DNA of 64,000 nt from IMG/VR virus record IMGVR_UViG_3300025585_000039, positions 1-64,000 of that record; one strand, written 5' to 3'. The notes beneath the pieces are model-generated. The model had not been told where the DNA came from. It worked only from the letters and a program-made list of their open reading frames with translations, and did no database searches. A program made the position numbers and the translations under genes. Shown one piece after another: positions 8,728-17,126 of this stretch; positions within the stretch are counted from its first letter, which is position 1; the number at the start of each line of letters is the position of its first letter. The stretch is from a virus.

Positions 8728-8923
8728 GAATGATGAATGGGTATTATTGGTTGATCAACAAATACCTGCCCAAATTACCAAAATAGAAGTTCATACAGTA
8801 GAACTTAAATTACAAGATGGAAAAACCATCATTACAAACATTGATAATATTAAGAAAAAGAAAAATTGCACCTGCACCAGATCTAAAAAATATCCATTTT
8901 GTGATGGATCGCATTCTTCTTAA
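8720..8923 (+). CDS. small protein with CDGSH [2Fe-2S] domain
   Basis: CTCTRSKKYPFCDGSH matches C-x-C-x2-S-x3-P-x-CDGSH; SD AAGGAG. Confidence 0.8.
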   Translation: MFKNDEWVLLVDQQIPAQITKIEVHTVELKLQDGKTIITNIDNIKKKKNCTCTRSKKYPFCDGSHSS

Positions 8924-8930
8924 TCAATAA

Positions 8931-9001
8931 TCTCTCATGGTGTAATGGCAGCACAGAGGCCTTTGAAGCCTTTAGTTTTAGTTCGAGTCTAGATGAGAGA
9001 A
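8931..9001 (+). tRNA. tRNA-Gln(UUG)
   Basis: acceptor TCTCTCA/TGAGAGA, anticodon loop CTTTGAA, T-loop TTCGAGT. Confidence 0.9.
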
Positions 9002-9004
9002 CAA

Positions 9005-9077
9005 GCCCTTGTAACCCAGCGGTAGAGGTGGTGGACTTAAAATTCATTCAGCGTTGGTTCGAATCCAACCAGGGGCA
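9005..9077 (+). tRNA. tRNA-Leu(UAA), short variable arm
   Basis: GCCCTTG/CAGGGGC acceptor, loop CTTAAAA, GGTTCGAATCC. Confidence 0.9.
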
Positions 9078-9081
9078 CTAT

Positions 9082-9153
9082 ACCTCCATAACTCAGCGGA
9101 AGAGTAACTGCCTTCTAAGCAGTAAGTCGTAGGTTCGAATCCTACTGGGGGTA
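9082..9153 (+). tRNA. tRNA-Arg(UCU)
   Basis: ACTGC-CTTCTAA-GCAGT anticodon arm, GGTTCGAATCC. Confidence 0.9.
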
Positions 9154-9891
9154 CTCATCTTCAAAATATCTAGATAGGTATATGTTAGGAATTCCTGCAT
9201 CATTAAATGAATAATAGGCAACTTTCCAATCTCTGTTTGTATCTAAAAATTGAGTAACTGCCTGCATAACTTCACATACATAAAGTGGATCATTTAAACT
9301 TAAAGTGTAATCATCTATTCCAATTATTCCAGTTGTTTTGGTTAGTTGTGCTGAATACAAAATTTCGTTATATGTATTAAAAAACTCATGATTTGAATCT
9401 ATATAAATAAAATCAAATTTATCATTATTATTTGTTCCCAAAAAATTTGTAGGAAGCACCTTCCTAGAATACCCTTGAAGAATCTCAACATTATTTTTAT
9501 TTTGAAATCTTTGTTTAACAAATTCTAAATTTGTTTCTCTATTAAATCTTCGATTTCCATCTAATGACATTTCATCAATATTATTAAAAGGATCTACAAG
9601 AACTAATTTATTTATCTTTAAATTATTATACATAAGTTCGGCAAAGTCACCAGCCATAACTCCAACTTCCATTACATTTAAAGATCTCTGAGTATTTTGT
9701 AAAACATCTATAATACTTTCTCGTTTTTCTAAAATTTTTGTACCACGTGTTTGTGCAGGGGATATGGACCTAATTTGTTTAGTACTGGTAAGAGGAAATT
9801 TTGGTTTGCCACAATCACAAGTACATAACTCGCCATTATTTTCCATGCTTTGCTTGACCATTTCTTCACGCATTGCTACTATTTTATCCAT
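9142..9891 (-). CDS. class I SAM methyltransferase (Methyltransf_24-like)
   Basis: MEVGVMAGDF, LVDPF, FDFIYIDSNH, GIIGIDDY. Confidence 0.85.
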   Translation of the reverse strand: MDKIVAMREEMVKQSMENNGELCTCDCGKPKFPLTSTKQIRSISPAQTRGTKILEKRESIIDVLQNTQRSLNVMEVGVMAGDFAELMYNNLKINKLVLVDPFNNIDEMSLDGNRRFNRETNLEFVKQRFQNKNNVEILQGYSRKVLPTNFLGTNNNDKFDFIYIDSNHEFFNTYNEILYSAQLTKTTGIIGIDDYTLSLNDPLYVCEVMQAVTQFLDTNRDWKVAYYSFNDAGIPNIYLSRYFEDEYPQ

Positions 9892-9926
9892 CTAACCATT
9901 ATACCAAACTATGGTAGAATAGATAC

Positions 9927-10592
9927 ATGCATCCATTAACACCAGATTGGTATAGACCAAGATCAGAACTAAAAAAGATAGATAATATCAGTGCAATCAT
10001 AGGTACTGGGGTAGACAACATTAAAGTAATAGAAAATTTCATTTCCGATGAAGAATGTGCTACAGCAATGAAAATTATTTCTAATCTTCCAGTCAATTTT
10101 GAAGCAACACACTCATACCCAATTCATACACACAAAGATTATCGTGGACCATATGAAAATGAAAAAGCATTTGGCATTATGATGGGTAAAAGGATGGTTG
10201 AAACTGCTGAAAAATTATATGGACTTACATTAGTCCGTGATCAAATGTTTTTATATATAGTTCATCCAAAAGGTACATATATTGATCCTCATACAGATAT
10301 CTTAGATATTGATAATCCAGATTATGAAAATGATACATATGAATCACAATTAGAACGTTTTCCATATTTATGGAGCGGTCACTTATCAATACTTACTTAT
10401 TTAAATGATGAATATGAGGGTGGAGAATTATATTTTCCAGAATTAGATTATGCTATTAGACCTAAAAAGGGAATGATTATTACGTTCCCTGGAAATTTAC
10501 ACTATGTTCATGGTGTGGCACCAATTACTGAGGGCGTTAGATATACATTATCTCAATGGTCAAAGTTTGTAGATTTTAAACCAAGGGGATAA
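9927..10592 (+). CDS. 2OG-Fe(II) oxygenase, prolyl-4-hydroxylase-like
   Basis: HTD...YLNDEYEGGEL.F...HGV...RY. Confidence 0.9.
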   Translation: MHPLTPDWYRPRSELKKIDNISAIIGTGVDNIKVIENFISDEECATAMKIISNLPVNFEATHSYPIHTHKDYRGPYENEKAFGIMMGKRMVETAEKLYGLTLVRDQMFLYIVHPKGTYIDPHTDILDIDNPDYENDTYESQLERFPYLWSGHLSILTYLNDEYEGGELYFPELDYAIRPKKGMIITFPGNLHYVHGVAPITEGVRYTLSQWSKFVDFKPRG

Positions 10593-10593
10593 G

Positions 10594-11292
10594 TTGGATA
10601 AAGTAAGAATCATAATTAATTCTTGTCCAAGAAGTGCACATGCTTGGTTACAAACGGTCTTGATAAATTCACTTAACAGAGATCCTAAAATAAGTTTTGA
10701 TGATATTGAGGATCAATTTATTACAAGAGCAAATACACCAGCAATGTTGTTGGGAAAATTTGATAATGCAATTCAGACAACTATTTTAAGGAGTCCAGAT
10801 CAAATCATTCCATCAGTAGTAACAAAAACAATGGGTGGTTTGGGTGGTACAACAACTGTTGGTGTTGCAATGCCACATGAGCATATGGGCAAATTAGAAT
10901 TAAATAATTTAATTAATCATCAATTCACAGTTTATAAAAGATGGGTAGATGGAGTAGTGCAAAACATTGATAACCTTTATCCATTTACTTTTAATCAGGT
11001 TATTTCTGATATTGAGTTTGTAGTGCAGTCAATAATGGATAATTTTGATGTGGAATACTATCTATATTCAAATGATGAATTGCCAGAATTACTTGACAAG
11101 ATCAATAAACAAATTAGAATACACGATAAAGGTGATGTAGGTTATAATAATGCCACACCTGTTGCAAAAAAGCCAGAAGTGTATTATGATGCTGTAGATA
11201 TTGTTAAAAACAATAAATTGTTGCCACTTGCAATGGAAAATTATAATGATGCTGTAAAAAAAATATACGAAAGGCAAAAACATTATGGCTAA
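10594..11292 (+). CDS. sulfotransferase-fold protein
   Basis: NSCPRSAHAWL and LRSPDQIIPS motifs. Confidence 0.55.
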   Translation: MDKVRIIINSCPRSAHAWLQTVLINSLNRDPKISFDDIEDQFITRANTPAMLLGKFDNAIQTTILRSPDQIIPSVVTKTMGGLGGTTTVGVAMPHEHMGKLELNNLINHQFTVYKRWVDGVVQNIDNLYPFTFNQVISDIEFVVQSIMDNFDVEYYLYSNDELPELLDKINKQIRIHDKGDVGYNNATPVAKKPEVYYDAVDIVKNNKLLPLAMENYNDAVKKIYERQKHYG

Positions 11293-11962
11293 AAAACCAG
11301 TAGAAACTCCAAACGGTAAAGACGAAGTTGAGCATTCACCCAAGATTAGTCAAGCACAACTAAATAATGCCAAACTGTATTCTTCTCGTGAAGAATATGC
11401 TAAGGCCTTACCAAAAGGTATCAGGTATTTAGAAGTAGGTGTTGCATGGGGATATTCTGCAGAATTGTTTGCTGGTACAAGTGAGGCATCTAAAATTGAT
11501 TTACTTGATTTGTATAACCAAGATTTGAAGTGCTGGTCTTGGAGACAATTTGGATCTTGTCAGTGTGATGGAATGAAGCATGAATTACTGTACCTGCCAG
11601 AAACACACGAACAATATATTAAAGATAAATTTAAAAACTATAAAAATGTTCGAACATTACAAGGTAATGCCACTGCAGTTATGCAAACGCTAGATGAAGA
11701 ATATGACTTTATTTATATTGATATAACAAATGAAAGAAAAACAACAAAGGCCTGTTTACAACTTGCAAGTGAAAGAACAGCAATAGGTGGTGTTGTTGGT
11801 ATGAATGATTACCTTATTTACGATGGAATAATTGAAGATCAACTTTATGGAACATTTCAAACAGTTAATTGGTTCCTACATCTTCACCCAAATTGGTCTG
11901 TTGATGCATTAGCACTTCATAATTTAGGGTTTTACGATATTTATTTAAAAAGAAATTCCTAA
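11285..11962 (+). CDS. class I SAM methyltransferase (Methyltransf_24-like)
   Basis: YLEVGVAWGYS, YDFIYID, GGVVGMNDY. Confidence 0.85.
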   Translation: MAKKPVETPNGKDEVEHSPKISQAQLNNAKLYSSREEYAKALPKGIRYLEVGVAWGYSAELFAGTSEASKIDLLDLYNQDLKCWSWRQFGSCQCDGMKHELLYLPETHEQYIKDKFKNYKNVRTLQGNATAVMQTLDEEYDFIYIDITNERKTTKACLQLASERTAIGGVVGMNDYLIYDGIIEDQLYGTFQTVNWFLHLHPNWSVDALALHNLGFYDIYLKRNS

Positions 11963-12120
11963 GCAGATTTTTCTTTTTTGCCCTTGTATTCACCATATTT
12001 GCCAAGCACAGTTTTAATTGTTCCATCTTTACGAAGACGAACAATCATGCCATTCTTGATTTGAATTGGATTAAATCCATGGTGTTTGCTATAAGATCCT
12101 GATGAACGACGTGATGACAT
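11959..12120 (-). CDS. small basic protein
   Basis: MSSRRSSGSY...QIKNGMIVRLRKDG...; coupled to the upstream gene. Confidence 0.7.
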   Translation of the reverse strand: MSSRRSSGSYSKHHGFNPIQIKNGMIVRLRKDGTIKTVLGKYGEYKGKKEKSA

Positions 12121-12121
12121 A

Positions 12122-12622
12122 TTACCAACCCTTAACTCTTTCTGTTTTTGATATTACTCTACCAAATCCTTCAAAGACTTTTTTATTTACTGGAACACAA
12201 TTTGGAACCATTTTACCATTCTGTTCTTTCATCCCTCTTTGAACATAGCCATCCCAACAAGGTGATTTCTTATTTAAATCTGGACAACAATCTGATTTCA
12301 TTTCATTTGCTTGACAATCTGGACAAGCATCGCAGCATACATTTAATTTTATACATGTAGCGCAACCACATCCATCATATTGACATTCTATAATGCCTTC
12401 TGTGTTTTGTAATGGTGAAGGAATTGGTGGATTATAATCTCCAATTTCTTGTCCAGTACCGTCAAACTTTCCTCTGGCATCTGGAACATTTGCATATAAT
12501 GCTTGTAAATGATTAACTGCTTTTGCTCTTGTGGGATGACATCCAACCGCTTTTCCCTTATCATCAACTACTGGATAACCAGAGCATCCATGTGATCCTT
12601 TAGCACCAACGTTATATGGCAT
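12122..12622 (-). CDS. Cys-rich hypothetical protein
   Basis: CGCATC..CCDACPDC cluster and CWDGY..GMK...VPNCVP module. Confidence 0.75.
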   Translation of the reverse strand: MPYNVGAKGSHGCSGYPVVDDKGKAVGCHPTRAKAVNHLQALYANVPDARGKFDGTGQEIGDYNPPIPSPLQNTEGIIECQYDGCGCATCIKLNVCCDACPDCQANEMKSDCCPDLNKKSPCWDGYVQRGMKEQNGKMVPNCVPVNKKVFEGFGRVISKTERVKGW

Positions 12623-13071
12623 TAGTCTATCTCATTTTCTTTAAGGATAGATCTCATTTGCCAGGACCACTTTTCATGTTGTGATTGTCTATCAGCAAGG
12701 AAGTTTGCAATACCTTGTTTTTTGGCAGCAGTAGCAATATCAAATGCTGCAATTAATTTTGCTGTTACCATGTCATTTGACATTTTTAAATCTGTAACCA
12801 TTACCATAGGGTCTGATGTAACATCTGTATCTGGAACACTTGTAAGTTCTACAAATCTTGAAAGTCTAAAGGGTGCATAAGAATCTAATGCACGAATATA
12901 TTCTGCTAATGGGTCAATTGCACTATCATAATCACTATAAAGCATTTCAAAGAATGCATGATATTGAGGGAAATCGTCACCTTCTACATTCCAATGAAAT
13001 CCATGCGCTTTGTGTCTTAGGGCAACGGTATCTGCCAAAAGGCTTTTAAGCATTTGAATTAATTCTTCCAC
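12622..13071 (-). CDS. dps: Dps family DNA-protecting ferritin-like protein
   Basis: HGFHWNVEG.DF.QYH.FF...D..AE.IR...HEK..W; GTG start 6 nt after TATAAT. Confidence 0.95.
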   Translation of the reverse strand: MEELIQMLKSLLADTVALRHKAHGFHWNVEGDDFPQYHAFFEMLYSDYDSAIDPLAEYIRALDSYAPFRLSRFVELTSVPDTDVTSDPMVMVTDLKMSNDMVTAKLIAAFDIATAAKKQGIANFLADRQSQHEKWSWQMRSILKENEID

Positions 13072-13085
13072 CCTAATATTATACA

Positions 13086-13355
13086 CTATGGTTCTAAAAA
13101 CCTATTATGTGTCCTAATTCTATGGCAATTGGCACATACTACCTCACATTTGTCTATTTCTTTCAAAATGGCCTTCCAGGAAAAACCATCATGAACCATA
13201 CGTGAGATGTTGTATCTTTTGTCCCTGAGATGATCAAAGTCTAATATGATGTGATTTTTAACGCCACAATCTTTGCAGCCAGCCTTTTCTTTCAATTCAG
13301 CAAGTTTTCTTTTATACTCTTGCTTCTTTGCGTGGTCCAACTTTTTCTCAGACAT
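13086..13355 (-). CDS. small HNH endonuclease
   Basis: CKDCG...DFDH...CEVVCANCHRIRT. Confidence 0.9.
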   Translation of the reverse strand: MSEKKLDHAKKQEYKRKLAELKEKAGCKDCGVKNHIILDFDHLRDKRYNISRMVHDGFSWKAILKEIDKCEVVCANCHRIRTHNRFLEP

Positions 13356-13384
13356 TAATATTATTATACCGCTAAATGTTAAGA

Positions 13385-13502
13385 GCCTCACACAGGTAAT
13401 TCAAGCACGATGGCCCGTTGGTCATATAGATAGGTAACTAATCCATCTCTAAGGTCCTGTGTGAGGCATACCAGGTATTTAGTGTCGCTGTCTCCCCCGA
13501 CA
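13385..13502 (-). ncRNA. candidate structured small RNA, unclassified
   Basis: own -10 (TACAAT 13508-13513); 5' hairpin TGTCG/CGACA; perfect 12-bp stem 13385-13396/13456-13467 enclosing further pairings. Confidence 0.5.
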
Positions 13503-13513
13503 TTTATATTGTA

Positions 13514-13918
13514 CTACTGAATTTCAATAGTCTTTGGTAGTTTATCTTCTGGGATTTGCTTTTCAAGTAGGACATTCAATATACCGTCCTTGAATTCAGC
13601 CCCAACAACTTCAACAAACTCAGGAAGTGTGAAGATATCTGTGAACTTGCGTGTAGCAATTCCTTTATGTAGATACTCTGCACCCTCTGGTAATTCCATC
13701 CCCTTGTTTTCGCCCCTAATTGTAAGTTTGCGATTGTCTAGCGAGATAGAAACATCATCCTTAGTAAATCCAGCCAAAGCAAATGAAAGGATATATTCCT
13801 TATCATTTAATTTGATTTGATTATAAGGTGGATAGTTTGTTGTATTTTGTACCTTTGCAATTGTGCTGAAGGTATTAAAAAATGGATCATTAAAAAGATC
13901 CAGTGCTGATTTAACCAT
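13514..13918 (-). CDS. Hsp20/IbpA small heat-shock protein
   Basis: YPPYN, ALAGF, YLHKGIATRKF, A.FKDGIL. Confidence 0.95.
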   Translation of the reverse strand: MVKSALDLFNDPFFNTFSTIAKVQNTTNYPPYNQIKLNDKEYILSFALAGFTKDDVSISLDNRKLTIRGENKGMELPEGAEYLHKGIATRKFTDIFTLPEFVEVVGAEFKDGILNVLLEKQIPEDKLPKTIEIQ

Positions 13919-14009
13919 ATTTTTCTCCTTTTAAGCGAGTTAAATACCCCCCAATCTGGGCAGGTACTATAATTATAGCATGATATAATGGTAATGTCGA
14001 AAGGTAACT

Positions 14010-14711
14010 ATGGATCAACAACGACTAGAACAGGCTGCTCAAGGTTTTACAGTAGACCAACAAGGTAACAAGTATAGTTTTACATCCCCTATCCCTGGAG
14101 TTCATATTTATGATAATGTTTGGGAAAACTCTATGGACTTTTTCAATTCACTATTGGATAAGGAGTTTTGGGATAAGCATGAAGGTAATAAGAATTATAG
14201 AAAATGGGTTAGAGAAGATTTCTTTGACAATCAGGAATATACTAGAGAAAATGGAAAACAAGCAGACACTTGCTGGATACATACATACCCAGAAGCAAAT
14301 GATGCACTCAGAGGCGTTATTGATTCATACTGCTTTCATTGGAATCTAGATCCAAAGAGTCGTGAAAGTTTACGCATTACAAGATATTCAAATGGAGAAT
14401 GGTTTGGTGCACATTCTGATGATACATATGCAACACCAAGAACAATATCTTTAGTTTATTATCCAAACGATGACTACGAAGGTGGAGAATTAGAGTTTAT
14501 TCACTTTGGAGTAACAGTTAAACCAAAGGCTGGTCAACTATTTCTTTTCCCATCTGCTTATTCTTATGAGCATAAGATTCATGAAATCACTGGTGGAAAT
14601 CCAAGATGGACTGTTGTATCGTTCTTGTATTTTGGAGATGAAAAAGAAGCCAATATGAGACGAGAAGGCCTAGAATTTCCATACAAACCAATCTTTAAAT
14701 CATTGTTTTAA
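14010..14711 (+). CDS. 2OG-Fe(II) oxygenase, prolyl-4-hydroxylase-like
   Basis: HSD...YPNDDYEGGELEF...FPS...H...R. Confidence 0.9.
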   Translation: MDQQRLEQAAQGFTVDQQGNKYSFTSPIPGVHIYDNVWENSMDFFNSLLDKEFWDKHEGNKNYRKWVREDFFDNQEYTRENGKQADTCWIHTYPEANDALRGVIDSYCFHWNLDPKSRESLRITRYSNGEWFGAHSDDTYATPRTISLVYYPNDDYEGGELEFIHFGVTVKPKAGQLFLFPSAYSYEHKIHEITGGNPRWTVVSFLYFGDEKEANMRREGLEFPYKPIFKSLF

Positions 14712-14762
14712 AAATAAAAACAGGCTAGATATGTAATTAAACTACCTAGCCTGTTTATTTTT
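14711..14762. terminator. bidirectional intrinsic terminator
   Basis: 11-bp stem AAACAGGCTAG/CTAGCCTGTTT with A/T tracts, between convergent genes. Confidence 0.75.
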
Positions 14763-14764
14763 AT

Positions 14765-15034
14765 TTAGTTTTTCTTTGTTGTTGCCTTCTTTGCTGGAGC
14801 CTTTTTAACCTTTACAGATGTTAATGCTGCAGCAACGTCTTCTTCCGCTGGCAATCTACCAAAAGCCTTATCATTGGGGTTAATTGCTCTTAGCGCAACA
14901 GGCGCAACAGCAGCCACCAATGAATAGGCAAGTGTCTTAGGGTCTGTTACCCCAGACATATATAGAGCAATTGCAGCACCTAGAACTGATCGTCCGTATG
15001 ATGCAAGCATTGCCTTTAGTTGTTCAGTTGTCAT
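14765..15034 (-). CDS. holin-like small membrane protein
   Basis: LASYGRS..GAAIALY...AAVAPVALRAINPND..FG, Lys-rich tail; SD AGGAGG sets the start at 15034. Confidence 0.6.
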   Translation of the reverse strand: MTTEQLKAMLASYGRSVLGAAIALYMSGVTDPKTLAYSLVAAVAPVALRAINPNDKAFGRLPAEEDVAAALTSVKVKKAPAKKATTKKN

Positions 15035-15042
15035 TTTTCCTC

Positions 15043-15201
15043 CTAAGAAATATAGTGTGTTATGACATAGTAACCAGCCCATAAACCTACAATACCTGCA
15101 ACTCCTGCAAATACTGGTGGTGCTGGAACTGGTAATTTGAACGCAGCAAATGCAACGCCACATCCAAAACCTGTGATTATTGATAGTAATATATCTTTCA
15201 T
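15043..15201 (-). CDS. XapX-domain (DUF1427) membrane protein
   Basis: G..FA.FKLPVPAPP..AG..GI.G.W.G; below ORF-track cutoff. Confidence 0.8.
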   Translation of the reverse strand: MKDILLSIITGFGCGVAFAAFKLPVPAPPVFAGVAGIVGLWAGYYVITHYIS

Positions 15202-15281
15202 TAATAAATAAACTTTCTTGGCTTACGTATTTCTTTTTTAATTTTTCTAAATCTGTACCACTGAATTATTTTTTTAATCAT
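15201..15281 (-). CDS. 26-aa basic micro-protein
   Basis: MIKKIIQWYRFRKIKKEIRKPRKFIY; ATGA and TAATG overlaps at both ends. Confidence 0.6.
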   Translation of the reverse strand: MIKKIIQWYRFRKIKKEIRKPRKFIY

Positions 15282-16195
15282 AACCAACCTCGTTTTTCTA
15301 TTTCTTTCTGGAACTTTGCAGCCCAGTATTCATTTACAAGAGTACCTGCGTGACCATCTCTTCTATTTAGATCAAACTTTTCAATCTTGCCATCTGGTCT
15401 TTTCTCTCTAATAAAGTCTAGCAACTCTTCATCTGATATGTCAATATAGTTTGAAGATAGATCTGCAAACTTATAGTTTACATTTTCTTGATAATCCCAT
15501 GAACCCCATAACAACTTAGTGCCCATTGACTCACAAAACTTTTCAAATAATTTCCAACTAATTGCAAAATCTATAAAGCATTTACGATGCTCAAGAAGTG
15601 TAAAAGGCTTTTCAATCAATAAGAAATCTGGAACCTTAGATTCATCTAGTTGGTCAGTGCTTACTCCGCCACCATTTGGGTATCTCTGTACATATACATA
15701 CTTTTCATTTTCTTGATCCCAGTCATAGAATCTACCTAAGTTTGGTAATAAAACAAACATATACTCTGGAGCACCATATTTTTCAATATAAATCATGTAT
15801 GTGGTTATAACCTTTTGCCATCCATATCCAGATTTGCCAATGCTATAAAAACCGTTATTAGTATTATTCTTCTTATTAAGATTATTTAATAAAACTTTTG
15901 TCCATACCGTTTCCTGTGGCGCACCAACACCTTCAGTTTGAGAACAACCAGCAAACAAAATATGCTTTTCATTTGAATGGTCTGCGGTAAAGTTATCACA
16001 TCTAAAAAAATCATCATTGTAGTTATAATCTACTGTGCCATCATCATCTGCAATCTCAATTGGAATTCTTGTCCAATGTCTTTGTGTAGTTAAAATACCG
16101 TTCATCTTACCCCAAGTCGCATCGAACTTGTTGTAAAATACGTCATCTATTCCACCATCAAGACTTCTTAAAACAAAAGGATCTGTCTTCTTCAC
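15278..16195 (-). CDS. SGNH/GDSL-like protein
   Basis: ILFAGCSQTEGVG block I and C-terminal DGH; paralog of 38739..39518. Confidence 0.6.
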   Translation of the reverse strand: MKKTDPFVLRSLDGGIDDVFYNKFDATWGKMNGILTTQRHWTRIPIEIADDDGTVDYNYNDDFFRCDNFTADHSNEKHILFAGCSQTEGVGAPQETVWTKVLLNNLNKKNNTNNGFYSIGKSGYGWQKVITTYMIYIEKYGAPEYMFVLLPNLGRFYDWDQENEKYVYVQRYPNGGGVSTDQLDESKVPDFLLIEKPFTLLEHRKCFIDFAISWKLFEKFCESMGTKLLWGSWDYQENVNYKFADLSSNYIDISDEELLDFIREKRPDGKIEKFDLNRRDGHAGTLVNEYWAAKFQKEIEKRGWL

Positions 16196-16704
16196 TCTAA
16201 TACCTCTCCTACTGGTTGGCTATATATAGTTAATGGTCGTTCATCAAAGTATGCAAGAAGAACACCAGTCTTATTATTGTTAATGTCGGGGTTTGTGTTT
16301 CTCCAATGCTCTAGTTTGCCTGAATTAAAAGCAACACCAGAGTTTGGTGGGAAAACATATTCTTTATCTTCTACCATGATTCCCCATGGCAAATTTTCAT
16401 ATAGACACACATCCAAAAGACATACAGTTGGATTTAAATCAACGTGCTTCCCAAGAACACCTTGATGTCCTTCGTAATGTGCAAATGTTGTTTTAGTAGA
16501 AGAAAGATTTGGATTGTCAAATAGTTCTCTTGCCAATGGTAAAAGTTCTTGTCCAAACATTTGTAGCACTGGATTATTGATACTATCAAACATAGTTCTT
16601 TGTTGTTTGTTTACACCAGAATGAGACAGTAGTCGTTTACAGTATGAAACAACTTCCTCAAACCTATCAAGTGTAAAAACACCATGTACTATTTTTGGAT
16701 CCAT
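16192..16704 (-). CDS. 2OG-Fe(II) oxygenase-like protein (DYQL-related)
   Basis: L.KHVD...DVCL...W...EHWR. Confidence 0.7.
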   Translation of the reverse strand: MDPKIVHGVFTLDRFEEVVSYCKRLLSHSGVNKQQRTMFDSINNPVLQMFGQELLPLARELFDNPNLSSTKTTFAHYEGHQGVLGKHVDLNPTVCLLDVCLYENLPWGIMVEDKEYVFPPNSGVAFNSGKLEHWRNTNPDINNNKTGVLLAYFDERPLTIYSQPVGEVLE

Positions 16705-16721
16705 ATATCTATTCTATCATA

Positions 16722-17126
16722 TTAGGACGATTGTTCGTCTTCTTCTTTTGGCAACAACAACATCAATTCTTCATACGCTGTCACTAGTCTATTTAAACTA
16801 TTAATGTTTGGTGTCCATATTACGTCACCATATTTTTTGTGGTAATCTACTACTGGACCAACCTCATCCTTGAATTTGTTCAGTGCTTGCTGAACAACCT
16901 CTATATAAACAAACGCATCGTCTCTTGATTTTAATAAAAAGTTAGTAAACCCTTCGTTATCTGCAATATTAGATTTTTTTAATTGATCCGCCACTATAAA
17001 ATAATCTAGATTTACTTGAAACAAACTTTGAATTAATTTTTTTATTTTTAATGTTGCAATAATATTATAAAACAATGACGACATTAAAACTAAAAAGAAA
17101 ATAATAAATAGTATAAAGTTTAACAT
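16722..17126 (-). CDS. membrane-anchored hypothetical protein
   Basis: N-terminal TM; SRD.AF.YIE.VQ. Confidence 0.75.
   Translation of the reverse strand: MLNFILFIIFFLVLMSSLFYNIIATLKIKKLIQSLFQVNLDYFIVADQLKKSNIADNEGFTNFLLKSRDDAFVYIEVVQQALNKFKDEVGPVVDYHKKYGDVIWTPNINSLNRLVTAYEELMLLLPKEEDEQSS

Noticed and set aside
13437-13503. 21-codon ORF (MSGETATL...) and pistol-ribozyme-like CUAAAUA linker in the sRNA candidate
   Set aside because: The ATG is only 4 nt from the -10 with no SD, and the pistol pseudoknot and P3 could not be formed.
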